Virus record (IMG/VR): IMGVR_UViG_3300025128_000022
Length of the DNA: 64,000 bases
Direction: 5' to 3' (one strand)
Source: an uncultured virus (IMG/VR IMGVR_UViG_3300025128_000022)
Taxonomy: Duplodnaviria > Heunggongvirae > Uroviricota > Caudoviricetes
How positions within the stretch are numbered: the stretch's first letter is position 1; the number at the start of each line of letters is the position of its first letter. Shown here in pieces: positions 20,747 to 31,300 of the stretch. The notes beneath the pieces were generated by a model. That model did no database searches, was not told the origin of the DNA, and worked only from the letters and a program-made list of their open reading frames with translations. The position numbers and the translations under genes were made by a program.

Positions 20747-23178
20747 AAGATATAAAAATAGATATAAGTGCAGCCGGTTTTCCAAGTCAATTTGTGTCTG
20801 ATGCTAAAAAAGCAACAGTAGAGTTTGGTTTACAGATTGGTCAAGCAATACAATATGAGTGGTTTAGAAAGGATGGAGTAGGGTGTAGATACTATAATCA
20901 ATGGGGTAATTTTAATAGATTAAGATTATATGCTCGTGGTGAACAATCAGTAGGAAAATATAAAAACGAATTAGCTGTTGATGGAGACTTGTCTTACTTA
21001 AATTTAGATTGGTCTATAGTTCCTGTAATTCCTAAGTTTGTTGACATTGTTGTAAATGGAATGTCTGACAGATTGTTTAAAGTTGAAGCATATGCACAAG
21101 ATGCAATGTCTCAAGCAAAGCGTTCAAAATATCAAGATATGGTTGAGGGTCAAATGTCTGCTAAACCTATTCTTCAAAACATTTCTAAAAATTTTGATGT
21201 TGACCCTTTTGTTGTACAACCTGACAGTTTGCCTGAAACAGATGATGAGCTTCAGTTGTTTATGAATTTAAATTATAAACCTGCTATTGAGATAGCTGAA
21301 GAAGAAGCAATCAATACTTTATTTGATGATAATCATTATCAAGATATTAGAAAAAGATTAGATTATGATATTACTGTTTGTGGAATAGCGTGTGCTAAAC
21401 ATGAATTTTTAGAAGGTAGTGGTGTAACAATAACTTATGTTGACCCTGCAAATTTAGTATACAGTTACACAGAAGATAAACATTTTAAAGATTGTTTTTA
21501 TTGGGGTGAAATCAAAACCGTTCCTATAATAGAGCTGATGAAGATTGACCCATCATTAACAAATGAAGATTTAGAAAAGATAAGCAAATACAGTCAATCA
21601 TGGTATGACTATTTTAACACAGCACAGTATTATCAGAATAGTATTTTTTATAGAGATACTGCTACCATTATGTATTTTAATTATAAAACCACAAAAGAAT
21701 TTGTTTATAAAAAGAAAAAATTAGAGGGCGGAGGAGCTAGGGTTCTTGAAAAAGATGACCAATTTAATCCGCCTGATGAAGTACAGGAAGAGGGTAATTT
21801 TGAAAAAATTAGTAAACGTATAGATGTATGGTATGAAGGAGTAATGGTAATGGGTACTAACTTTATTTTAAAATGGGAATTATCTAAAAATATGGTTAGA
21901 CCAAAATCAGCATCTCAACATGCAATGCCTAATTATGTTGCTGTTGCACCTAGAATGTATAAGGGTAATATTGAGTCTTTAACAAGACGAATGATACCAT
22001 TTGCTGATTTAATTCAAATCACTCACTTAAAGCTACAGCAAGTAATTGCTAAAACTGTCCCTGACGGTGTTTATATTGACGCTGACGGGCTTAATGAGGT
22101 AGACCTAGGTACAGGTAACGCTTATAACCCCGAAGACGCTCTACGGCTTTATTTTCAAACAGGTAGTGTTGTAGGTAGAAGTTATACTCAAGATGGTGAA
22201 TTTAATAATGGTAGAGTCCCGATTCAACAGCTTACTTCTAATAGTGGAGCGAGTAAAACTCAAATGCTTTTAACTAATTATAACCATTATATGGATATGA
22301 TTAGAACTGTTACAGGACTAAATGAAGCTAGAGATGGTTCTACACCAAATCCTGACGCTTTAGTTGGTGTTCAAAAATTAGCAGCATTAAATTCCAATAC
22401 CGCAACAAGACATATTTTGGATGCAAGTTTATATTTATATAGAACTCTTGCGGAAGCATTGTCGTATAGAGTGGCAGATGTGTTAGAGTATTCTGCTTTT
22501 AAAGAAGAGTTTATAAATCAAATAGGTAAATACAATGTGTCTATATTAAAAGAAATAAATGATTTATATATATATGATTTTGGAATATTTATAGAAGTTT
22601 CTCCTGATGAAGAAGAAAAAGCTATGTTAGAACAAAATATTCAAATGGCTTTATCTAAGCAAGACATAAACTTGGAAGACGCAATTGATATCAGAGCTTT
22701 AAGAAATATTAAACTTGCAAATCAATTGTTGAAAATGAAGCGTAAAAGAAAGAAAGAAGAAGACGAAAAAAGAGAAATGACTAAACAAGCTGTACTCGCA
22801 AAACAACAGCAAATGTCTCAACAAATGGCTGCTCAAACAGCAATGCAAAAAATTCAAGCTGAAGGTCAAATGAAAATGCAATACAGACAAGCAGATGTTG
22901 CTTTTGAAATAGAAAAACTTAAAGTGGAAGCTGAATTAAAACGTTCACTTATGGCTGAAGAGTTTCAATATAACATGCAGATAAAAGGACAAGAAGATGC
23001 TGCTTTATCAAAAAGAGAAAGTGATAGAGAAAAAGCAAAAGCTAATAGAATAAGTCAACAAAATACGGAACAATCTAATCTGATAAATCAAAAGAAAAAT
23101 AATTTACCTCCTCAAAGTTTTGAATCTAATGAGGACAGTTTAGATGGTTTTAATCTATCGGAATTTGACCCAAGATAG
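20743..23178 (+). CDS. Portal protein
   Basis: 811 aa after terL; IPKFVDIVVNG; Q-rich coiled-coil C-terminus. Confidence 0.8.
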   Translation: MKDIKIDISAAGFPSQFVSDAKKATVEFGLQIGQAIQYEWFRKDGVGCRYYNQWGNFNRLRLYARGEQSVGKYKNELAVDGDLSYLNLDWSIVPVIPKFVDIVVNGMSDRLFKVEAYAQDAMSQAKRSKYQDMVEGQMSAKPILQNISKNFDVDPFVVQPDSLPETDDELQLFMNLNYKPAIEIAEEEAINTLFDDNHYQDIRKRLDYDITVCGIACAKHEFLEGSGVTITYVDPANLVYSYTEDKHFKDCFYWGEIKTVPIIELMKIDPSLTNEDLEKISKYSQSWYDYFNTAQYYQNSIFYRDTATIMYFNYKTTKEFVYKKKKLEGGGARVLEKDDQFNPPDEVQEEGNFEKISKRIDVWYEGVMVMGTNFILKWELSKNMVRPKSASQHAMPNYVAVAPRMYKGNIESLTRRMIPFADLIQITHLKLQQVIAKTVPDGVYIDADGLNEVDLGTGNAYNPEDALRLYFQTGSVVGRSYTQDGEFNNGRVPIQQLTSNSGASKTQMLLTNYNHYMDMIRTVTGLNEARDGSTPNPDALVGVQKLAALNSNTATRHILDASLYLYRTLAEALSYRVADVLEYSAFKEEFINQIGKYNVSILKEINDLYIYDFGIFIEVSPDEEEKAMLEQNIQMALSKQDINLEDAIDIRALRNIKLANQLLKMKRKRKKEEDEKREMTKQAVLAKQQQMSQQMAAQTAMQKIQAEGQMKMQYRQADVAFEIEKLKVEAELKRSLMAEEFQYNMQIKGQEDAALSKRESDREKAKANRISQQNTEQSNLINQKKNNLPPQSFESNEDSLDGFNLSEFDPR

Positions 23179-23206
23179 TAGCTTAAAATAATTATAACAT
23201 ATTGTT

Positions 23207-23214
23207 TAACTTTG
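23207..23214 (+). promoter_or_regulatory. Bacteroidota -7 element TAACTTTG
   Basis: Intergenic, upstream of scaffold-capsid genes. Confidence 0.65.
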
Positions 23215-23236
23215 TACAAAATTAAAATTAAATCCA

Positions 23237-24316
23237 ATGAATCTAGAAAATATTAAAGTAAGAGAAGTTAGTGCACCTGAAAAAGGGAAAGCTGAAGTCG
23301 AACAAGAGCTTTTAGATAAAGCTGAAGAAAAAAAAGTTGTTGAAGAACAAGAAGTTGTTGAAGAGACAATAGTAGATACTCCTGCATTAGATGATAATAC
23401 AGTTTTAGAGTATTTAGGAAAAAGATATAATAAGACCATCAATTCATTTGATGAGTTGATGCAAGAAAGAGAGGAACAAGAAGCATTGCCTGAAGATGTT
23501 TCATCTTTCTTAAAATATAAAAAAGAAACAGGTAGAGGAATTGAAGACTATGTTCGTTTGAATAGAGACTTTGATGAATTACAACCTGATAATTTGTTAG
23601 CTGAGTATTATTTAGCAACTGATGAAGCTATAGATACAGAAGATGTAGACGATTTGTTAGATGAGTTTAGATTTGATGAAGATGTAGATGATGCTAAAGT
23701 TGTTAAGAAAAAAAGGTTAGCAAAAAAACGAGCTGTTGTTCAAGCTAAGAAGTATTTTAATGAACAGAAAGAACAATACAAACAACCCCTTGAGTCAAGT
23801 GCGGGAGTTAGTTCTGATGACAATAAAAAACTAGACGAGTATGAACAATATCTCAAGAGTGTGAGAAGTAATGAGGAAGCGGCTAGAAAAAAGCAAGATT
23901 GGTTTTCTAAAAAAACTGACGAGGTTTTTTCAAGTGAGTTCAAAGGTTTTGAGTTTACCGTAGGCGATAAGAATGTTACCTATAGTCCGGGTGATGCATC
24001 TGAATTGAAATCTAAACAATCTAATGTTTTGAATTTTATAAACAAGTTTGTAGATGGAGAAACAGGATTGATGAAAGATGCACAGGGATACCACAGAGCT
24101 TTATCACTAGCTATGAATCCTGAGAAGTTTGCCAAATTCTTTTATGAATTAGGTCAAGCCGAAGGAGTTGAAGATGTTGTCCGTAAAACAAAAAATGTTA
24201 GTATGGATATTCGTAAAACTCCCGAAACTGCAACTACTCAAGGAGGAATGAAAGTTAGAGCTTTAAACACCGACTCAGGTCGAGGTTTGAAGATTAAAAG
24301 TATGAAAAAGAAATAA
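23237..24316 (+). CDS. Putative capsid scaffolding protein
   Basis: Acidic helical protein between portal and capsid. Confidence 0.6.
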   Translation: MNLENIKVREVSAPEKGKAEVEQELLDKAEEKKVVEEQEVVEETIVDTPALDDNTVLEYLGKRYNKTINSFDELMQEREEQEALPEDVSSFLKYKKETGRGIEDYVRLNRDFDELQPDNLLAEYYLATDEAIDTEDVDDLLDEFRFDEDVDDAKVVKKKRLAKKRAVVQAKKYFNEQKEQYKQPLESSAGVSSDDNKKLDEYEQYLKSVRSNEEAARKKQDWFSKKTDEVFSSEFKGFEFTVGDKNVTYSPGDASELKSKQSNVLNFINKFVDGETGLMKDAQGYHRALSLAMNPEKFAKFFYELGQAEGVEDVVRKTKNVSMDIRKTPETATTQGGMKVRALNTDSGRGLKIKSMKKK

Positions 24317-24339
24317 GTAACAATTAAAAATTATTAATT

Positions 24340-25794
24340 ATGGCAGTATTAGCAAGTCCAACGTTTCAGTTGCAGCCAAGTGCTCAACAGGTAGCGTTGT
24401 CGTCAAACTATATTACTAATGCTCAATTTAACTTTTTGAATCAGTATCTTCCTGATACTTATGAAAAAGAGTTTGAGAGATATGGTAATAGAACTGTTTC
24501 ATCATTCTTAAGAATGGTAGGAGCAGAAATGCCTTCTAACTCTGACCTTATCAAATGGGCAGAACAAGGAAGGTTACATATTAAATATGTAAACTGTGTC
24601 TTAGGTGGTGCAGGTGCAGGTGCAGCTTCAGAAACTTTTACAGTTCCTGCAGCACAAATTGACCCTGCAAGACAACCATCAGGTTCAGTAGCACCGGCAG
24701 GTGCAGCAGGGCAAATCGGTATCAGAAAAGGTCAAACAGTAATGATTTCTGATGATACAGCAGGTTCTGCATTAAACAACAAAGGTATTGTAACAGCGGT
24801 TACAGCTACTACATTTACTGTTGCAATGTATGAAGCAGCAGGTTTAGCAGCTTACGCAGGTACAGCATCAGTTTTCATCTATGGTTCTGAATTTAAAAAA
24901 GGAACTGTTGGAATGGAAGGTGGATTAATATCTAACGACTTCATTTTTGAAAACTCTCCAATTATATTAAAAGATAAGTACCAAGTATCAGGTTCTGATA
25001 TGGCACAAATCGGTTGGATTGAAGTTCAAACAGAAGATGGAGCAAGTGGATATTTATGGTATCTTAAATCAGAACACGAAACTAGATTACGTTTCGATGA
25101 TTACTTAGAAACAGCGATGGTAGAAGCTGTACCGGCAGAAGCAGGTTCAGGTGTTGCTACTCAAGCAGTTTATGCAGATGCAGGTAACAAAGGTTCTGAA
25201 GGGGTATTCTACGTTGTAGAAGCAAGAGGTAACGTTTGGGGTGCAGGAAATCCGGCTGATTTAGCAGGATTTGATAGCATTATTCAAAGATTAGACAAGC
25301 AAGGTTCTATTGAAGAAAATGTAATTTTCGTAAACAGAGCATTCTCGTTTGACATTGATGATATGTTAGCAGCTCAAAATTCTTATGGTGCAGGTGGTTC
25401 TTCATATGGACTATTTGACAATGATGAGGAAATGGCTCTTAACTTAGGATTTACAGGATTTAGAAGAGGTTACGACTTCTATAAGTCTGAATGGAAATAC
25501 CTAAATGACCCAACAATGAGAGGTGGATTAGTAGGTGGAGCAATTAATGGACTATTAGTTCCTGCAGGTTCTACTACAGTTTATGACCAAATTTTAGGTA
25601 AAAACGCTAAGAGACCTTATTTGCATGTTAGATACAGAGCTTCAGAAGCTGAAGACAGACGTTATAAGTCTTGGATTACAGGTTCTGCAGGTGGAGCAAC
25701 AAACAAAGATTTAGATGCAATGGAAGTTAACTTCCTTTCTGAAAGATGTGTTTGTACTCTAGGTGCTAACAATTTCTTCTTATTCAAGTCATAA
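24340..25794 (+). CDS. Major capsid protein
   Basis: 484 aa; position; biased codon usage; followed by terminator. Confidence 0.8.
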   Translation: MAVLASPTFQLQPSAQQVALSSNYITNAQFNFLNQYLPDTYEKEFERYGNRTVSSFLRMVGAEMPSNSDLIKWAEQGRLHIKYVNCVLGGAGAGAASETFTVPAAQIDPARQPSGSVAPAGAAGQIGIRKGQTVMISDDTAGSALNNKGIVTAVTATTFTVAMYEAAGLAAYAGTASVFIYGSEFKKGTVGMEGGLISNDFIFENSPIILKDKYQVSGSDMAQIGWIEVQTEDGASGYLWYLKSEHETRLRFDDYLETAMVEAVPAEAGSGVATQAVYADAGNKGSEGVFYVVEARGNVWGAGNPADLAGFDSIIQRLDKQGSIEENVIFVNRAFSFDIDDMLAAQNSYGAGGSSYGLFDNDEEMALNLGFTGFRRGYDFYKSEWKYLNDPTMRGGLVGGAINGLLVPAGSTTVYDQILGKNAKRPYLHVRYRASEAEDRRYKSWITGSAGGATNKDLDAMEVNFLSERCVCTLGANNFFLFKS

Positions 25795-25811
25795 GAAGTG
25801 TATATATAATT

Positions 25812-25842
25812 AAGGGAGGATTAACCTCCTCCCTTTTTTTTT
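25812..25842 (+). terminator. Intrinsic terminator
   Basis: GGGAGGA-ttaacc-TCCTCCC + T9. Confidence 0.85.
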
Positions 25843-25864
25843 AATCTAATTAAATTTAAATAAA

Positions 25865-26614
25865 ATGAAAAAGACAAAAGAATTTGTAGATAAAGTCTAC
25901 CGTTTAGTAGGCGATAAATATCCCTTATCTTTTATGTTGGCTACACAACACAGTAGAAGATTCCCATTAATGCATTTTGATAAAGAGACAGGTGTTAACA
26001 AACCTATGCGTTATGCTAGAAACCAAAAGTCTCCATTTGTTGACGACCAAGACGGTAATGTTATTTTAGAACCAATTGTGTTTGAAGATGGTATGCTAGT
26101 AGTTGCCAAAGAAAATCAAGTGTTACAAGAATTTCTTTCTATACATCCACAAAACGGTGGCGTATTTGAAGAGGTTGATAAAGGCAAAGAAGCAGCTGAA
26201 GATGTAGAAACATTATACGCTGAAGTAGATGCATTAATTCTTGCAAGAGAAATGACGTTAACACAGCTCGAAACTATTGGTAGAGTTTTGTTTGGAGATA
26301 TTAACAAACTAACTACAGCTGAATTAAAAAGAGATATGCTAGTATTTGCTAGAAGACATCCTTCAGATTTAGTAAACATGGTTAATGACCCAATGTTAAA
26401 ATTATATTCTAAGGTTCAATTATTCTTTGACAATAAACTATTGGTTTATAGAAATGGAAAAAAAGATGTGCACTTTAACACTTCTTCTAACAAGAAGAGA
26501 ATGGTTAGTGTTCCATACGGAGAAGACCCTGTGTATATAGTATCATCATTTTTACAATCTGATGATGGAATAGAAGCATTAAAACTACTTGAAAAACGCT
26601 TGGAAGACAAGTAA
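25865..26614 (+). CDS. Hypothetical protein (head module)
   Basis: 249 aa ORF after capsid gene. Confidence 0.7.
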   Translation: MKKTKEFVDKVYRLVGDKYPLSFMLATQHSRRFPLMHFDKETGVNKPMRYARNQKSPFVDDQDGNVILEPIVFEDGMLVVAKENQVLQEFLSIHPQNGGVFEEVDKGKEAAEDVETLYAEVDALILAREMTLTQLETIGRVLFGDINKLTTAELKRDMLVFARRHPSDLVNMVNDPMLKLYSKVQLFFDNKLLVYRNGKKDVHFNTSSNKKRMVSVPYGEDPVYIVSSFLQSDDGIEALKLLEKRLEDK

Positions 26615-26620
26615 TTTGAG

Positions 26621-26653
26621 AAGGGGATGAAAAAATCATCCTCTTTTTTTTTT
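26621..26653 (+). terminator. Intrinsic terminator
   Basis: GGGGATGA-aaaaa-TCATCCTC + T run. Confidence 0.8.
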
Positions 26654-26656
26654 GCT

Positions 26657-26664
26657 TATCTTTG
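26657..26664 (+). promoter_or_regulatory. Bacteroidota -7 element TATCTTTG
   Basis: After terminator, before ATG 26680. Confidence 0.7.
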
Positions 26665-26679
26665 TAAAAAAGATAACAG

Positions 26680-27417
26680 ATGATACAACAGGTTTATGAT
26701 GCTGTTCTTGCTATATTGAATAAGAATAACTACGGTTACTTATCACCTGCAGATTTTAATTTATATGCCCAACAAGCACAATTAGATTTGTTTGAAGATA
26801 TATTTTATCAATATAACGCTCAAGTCACTAAAGAAAACTTAAGAGGGTCAGGTACAGGTTATGCAGATATTAAGAAAGGTATTGTTGAAGTAATTGATAT
26901 GTTTTCAGTTACTGCAGCATTGAATCATCTAGCTAACAATACCTACAGTATGCCATCTACTCCAACCACGGGTTCTGATTTTTATTTTATAAACAAAGTT
27001 TTATGCTATGATGCGGCAGGTGTTACTTTTACAGGTGAAGCAGAGAGAGTAAGTCAAGCTAAAATAACATTATTAAATAATTCTTTATATACAGCACCAA
27101 CAACTACATACCCTGCTTACACTACTGAAGGTAGTGTAATGACTGTGTATCCATCATCAATTATACTTGCGGGTCAAGTACAGGCACAATACATAAGATA
27201 TCCGGCTACTCCACAATGGACATATGTTTCTTTGGGTGCAGCTCAACAACCACAATTTAGTGTAACAGCTAGTTATCAAGATTTTGAACTACCTCTAGAT
27301 TATTTTCAAGATTTAGTAAATAAAATATTACAATTTGCAGGTATGGAAATTAGAGATGGAGAAATAGTCCAATTTGCTTTAGGACAAGAACAGATTGAAA
27401 ACCAAGATGAACAATAA
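26680..27417 (+). CDS. Putative tail tubular/ring protein
   Basis: NKNNYGYLSPADFNLYAQQAQ and YIRYP motifs; position. Confidence 0.6.
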   Translation: MIQQVYDAVLAILNKNNYGYLSPADFNLYAQQAQLDLFEDIFYQYNAQVTKENLRGSGTGYADIKKGIVEVIDMFSVTAALNHLANNTYSMPSTPTTGSDFYFINKVLCYDAAGVTFTGEAERVSQAKITLLNNSLYTAPTTTYPAYTTEGSVMTVYPSSIILAGQVQAQYIRYPATPQWTYVSLGAAQQPQFSVTASYQDFELPLDYFQDLVNKILQFAGMEIRDGEIVQFALGQEQIENQDEQ

Positions 27418-28340
27418 TGGCTTATATAACAGACTATCAATATTATACAAATAACAATACCACTCCGCAAGATGCTAATTGGGGGTCATATCAATATATA
27501 AGTTTAGAAGATGTAGTGACAAACTTTCTGTTGATGTATAATGGAAACCATTCATTAGTGAACAATGAGGAAAGGTTTAAAATTTTGTTTCATGCAAAAA
27601 GAGCAATACAAGAATTAAACTATGATGCATTTAAAGAAATCAAAGCATTAGAACTTCAAATAACAGATACTCTTAGATATGTTTTACCTCAAGATTATGT
27701 AAATTGGGTAAGGGTTTCTATGTATTATGATGGGTATTTGCGTCCATTGGTAGAAAATGTTCAAATCAATTCTGCAAGTGCGTATCTTCAAGACCATCAA
27801 GGTAATATATTGTTTGACCATTTAGGTAATATTTTAAAACCTGAGTATTCAGAATTGACTAGACAAAGATTAACAGGGGTTCAAAAAACACAATATTTAA
27901 ATCAAGGTGCTCCATATGACGGATATTGGGGTTATTGTTTAGATGGGTTTTGGTATTTTGACATGGCAATAGGAGCGGCATGGGGATTAAATACCGAAAC
28001 TGCAAATGCAAATCCTACATTTACTATAGATAAAAAAGCGGGGGTTATAAACTTTAGCTCTGCTATGAATGATAAATTGGCTATTTTAGAATACATCTCA
28101 GATGGAATGGAAAATGGAGATGATTCTAAAGTAACAGTAAATAAAATGTTTGAAGAGTACATTTATGCTGCTATTGAATTTGGCATCTTAAATAGCAAAC
28201 TTGGAGTTCAAGAATACATTGTAAATAGAGTTAGAAAAAGAAAATTAGCTTTATTAAGAAATGCAAAATTAAGACTGAGCAATATACATCCGGGTCGTTT
28301 GTTACAAAATATGAGAGGTCAAGATAAATGGATAAAGTAA
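27417..28340 (+). CDS. Putative tail tubular/ring protein
   Basis: LPQDYVNWVRVS, ILEYISDG; position. Confidence 0.55.
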   Translation: MAYITDYQYYTNNNTTPQDANWGSYQYISLEDVVTNFLLMYNGNHSLVNNEERFKILFHAKRAIQELNYDAFKEIKALELQITDTLRYVLPQDYVNWVRVSMYYDGYLRPLVENVQINSASAYLQDHQGNILFDHLGNILKPEYSELTRQRLTGVQKTQYLNQGAPYDGYWGYCLDGFWYFDMAIGAAWGLNTETANANPTFTIDKKAGVINFSSAMNDKLAILEYISDGMENGDDSKVTVNKMFEEYIYAAIEFGILNSKLGVQEYIVNRVRKRKLALLRNAKLRLSNIHPGRLLQNMRGQDKWIK

Positions 28341-28341
28341 G

Positions 28342-31300
28342 ATGGCAAAATTACAAAGAAATTTCGTACAGGGCAAAATGAATAAAAGCGTTGATGAACG
28401 CTTAGTTCCTAATGGACAATACATAGATGCTTTAAATGTTAGACTTGGTTCTACTGAAGATTCTGAAATAGGTTCGGTAGAAAACTCTAAGGGAAACACA
28501 CAGCTTACCACATTAACTTTTAACGGGACAAATCTGAGTAATCAAGCAAGATGTATTGGTGCTTATGAGGATGGAGCTAATCAAACAATTTATTGGTTTG
28601 TACATGACCCTGCGTATACCGTAGGTGCAACAGGTAAAATAGATATGATTGTTTCATATGATGCACAAGTTGATACAGTAACTTATCATGTGATTACCAT
28701 GGATGACGCAACCGGCAACCAAACTACTATATTAAATTTCAACCCTACATATTTAATTCATAGTGTAAATAAAATAGAAGACTTACTTTTTTTTACAGAT
28801 AATTATAATCCTCCGAGATTTATAAATGTTAAAAGAAACTATCCTAACCCTTTTGGAAATATTGACCAAGTAAGTGCAGAATCATTATTGGTTTTAAAAA
28901 AACCCCCTATTACTAGTCCTTCTTTTAATATGTATACTGCTTCAGGTGAAAATACGTTTTTGGAAGACAAACTACTTTGTTTTGCTTATAGATATGAATA
29001 TGGAGATAATGATTTTTCGGCTACTTCTCAATGGTCAAAAGCAGCTTTTATTCCAAAAGCATTTGGTATAAGTAGTGCTGCGTATACAAATGAAGGAATG
29101 GAAAATAGTAGAAATGGAGTTGAGATAACATTTAACACAGGAGGACCTTTAGTAAAAGGAGTAGAGGTTTTATTTAAAAACTCCGGTGATGACGTAATTA
29201 AAGTTATTGATAATTTTGATAAAGCTGAATATGGATATACTGATAATCAAGATGTTACAATAACTTTTAACAGCAATCAAATATTTACTGTACTACCAAC
29301 TGACCAAATAGGGAGATTATTTGATAATGTTCCTTTAAAAGCTGTTACACAAACAATGATTGGTAATAGAATAATATATGGTAATTATTTTGAACAATAC
29401 AATATGGTTGACTACGCAGGTAGTGAAGTTATTTTAGATTATTCGATAGCATTAGCAAGTGAAGTTGTAGGTCAATTTGCATTAACTGAAACTAAAATAA
29501 GTTCTGATTATACTTTTGACCCCACTTCAGGAACACAATCTATAGCTGATTCTGCAGTTACAATAGATTTTACTGACATAAGTTTAGTTCAAGGTGGTTT
29601 ATTAGAAATAGATATTATTTTTAATCACGCACAATTTACAGGTTCAGGAGGACCTACAGCCCAAACTACATCAATAAATATAGGATTTGGATTTAATTTA
29701 GTTAATAATTATCCCAATGCTTTAGCATTAGCTACCTCAACAGAGTTTATTAATGCTGTTGGAACATCTTCAACAGTATCAACTATAGCTAACGCTTGTA
29801 CCGGCAACACATGGACAGATACATGGAATTGTGATATGCCAAACAACTTAGATACTTATTTTGCTTACAACTCAGGAATTACTCCTGAAGCGTATCCTAA
29901 TGTTGGACCTATTAACATAATAACTGACCCTGCAAATGTTAATCAGTTTACTCTTCAATTTCCTGCTATGGCTTGGTCGGATTGTGATGCCGCATCCTGT
30001 ACACCTGCAAATATTGTGTATGAGTATTTTAAAATTGGTAGTGTAGATGCACAATATAGAGAGCTTTCTGAAACTGAAAGTTTACATAGTGACTTTGATT
30101 ATGCAGTCGGTATTGTATATATGGATGAATTTAACAGGTCTTCACCTGCATTACTTGCACCTGAAGCAAGTCTTCATGTACCTTGTAGTGCGTCATTGTT
30201 TAAAAATAGAATAGATGTTACTATACCTACCGAAATGAATCCTCCGGTTTGGGCACATCGATATAAGTTTGTTTTAAAACCAACTAACACCACATATAAT
30301 ACTATATATACTAATATATTTTTTAATGACCCTGCAACCTCTGCTACATATTTATTATTAGAAGGGGAGAATAATGAAAAAGTTAGTGAGGGTCAAAGAT
30401 TAAAAGTTAAGGCAGATACCAATGGTGCTTTGGGTAGATGTGCTTATGCTACGATATTAGAAAAAAAATCTCAAGCTGCAGGGTTTGTAAAAGTTCCATC
30501 TGCTCTCAACCCTTCTACGGATATTGATGCACCTGCAGGAACATATGCAAAAGTTATTGCCGATGATTTTACAGTTGTAACTTTAAATGAAGATGGGACA
30601 GAAGCATCGGAATTAGCGGTTATAGAAGAAAAAAATTCTACTTATACCGATAGTGCAGGTAATTCTGTATATAATGCTTTACTAGTAAATACATTTGATG
30701 CAGCAACCTCAGCTTATATAGACTATGATATACCGCAAGGTAGTAGAATTAATTTGTATATTAAGTTTGAAAGAAGAGGTCCGGGTAAAGGTAATGGAAA
30801 TTGTGAAAGGAGAATATATACTCTTGACTTAAAGTTAACTTCAAGTTCAACTTATTCTAATTTTGCTGAGTGGTTTAATGGAGATAATATACAAGAATAT
30901 TTAGATGGTGGAGATTGGGTTGGTGGCGATACAGAAGCAGGAAATCCTCCTGAAAACATTTATGATTCAACCTTATTAACTACTGCTTTTAGCAGAAACC
31001 CTACTAGCTCAGAAGCTCAAATGACGGCAAACTCGGTAACTAAAAATAAATATAAATTTGTAAGAAGTTCAACGGATAACGGTTTATGGTTTTGCACTAC
31101 AGGAACAGAAAGTTGTAGCGGTGCATTTTCTAAGAAAAAAAGAAGGTCTTCAAGTGAAATGTCTGTTATTGTTTTTAGAGCTGAAAGCACACTTATATTT
31201 GAATCAGAACCACAAGAAGCATTGCCTGATGTATTTTTTGAAGGAGACCAAAGTTATCCAATTATTAATCCCGGTCTATCTAATGCAAGACATGGCGGAG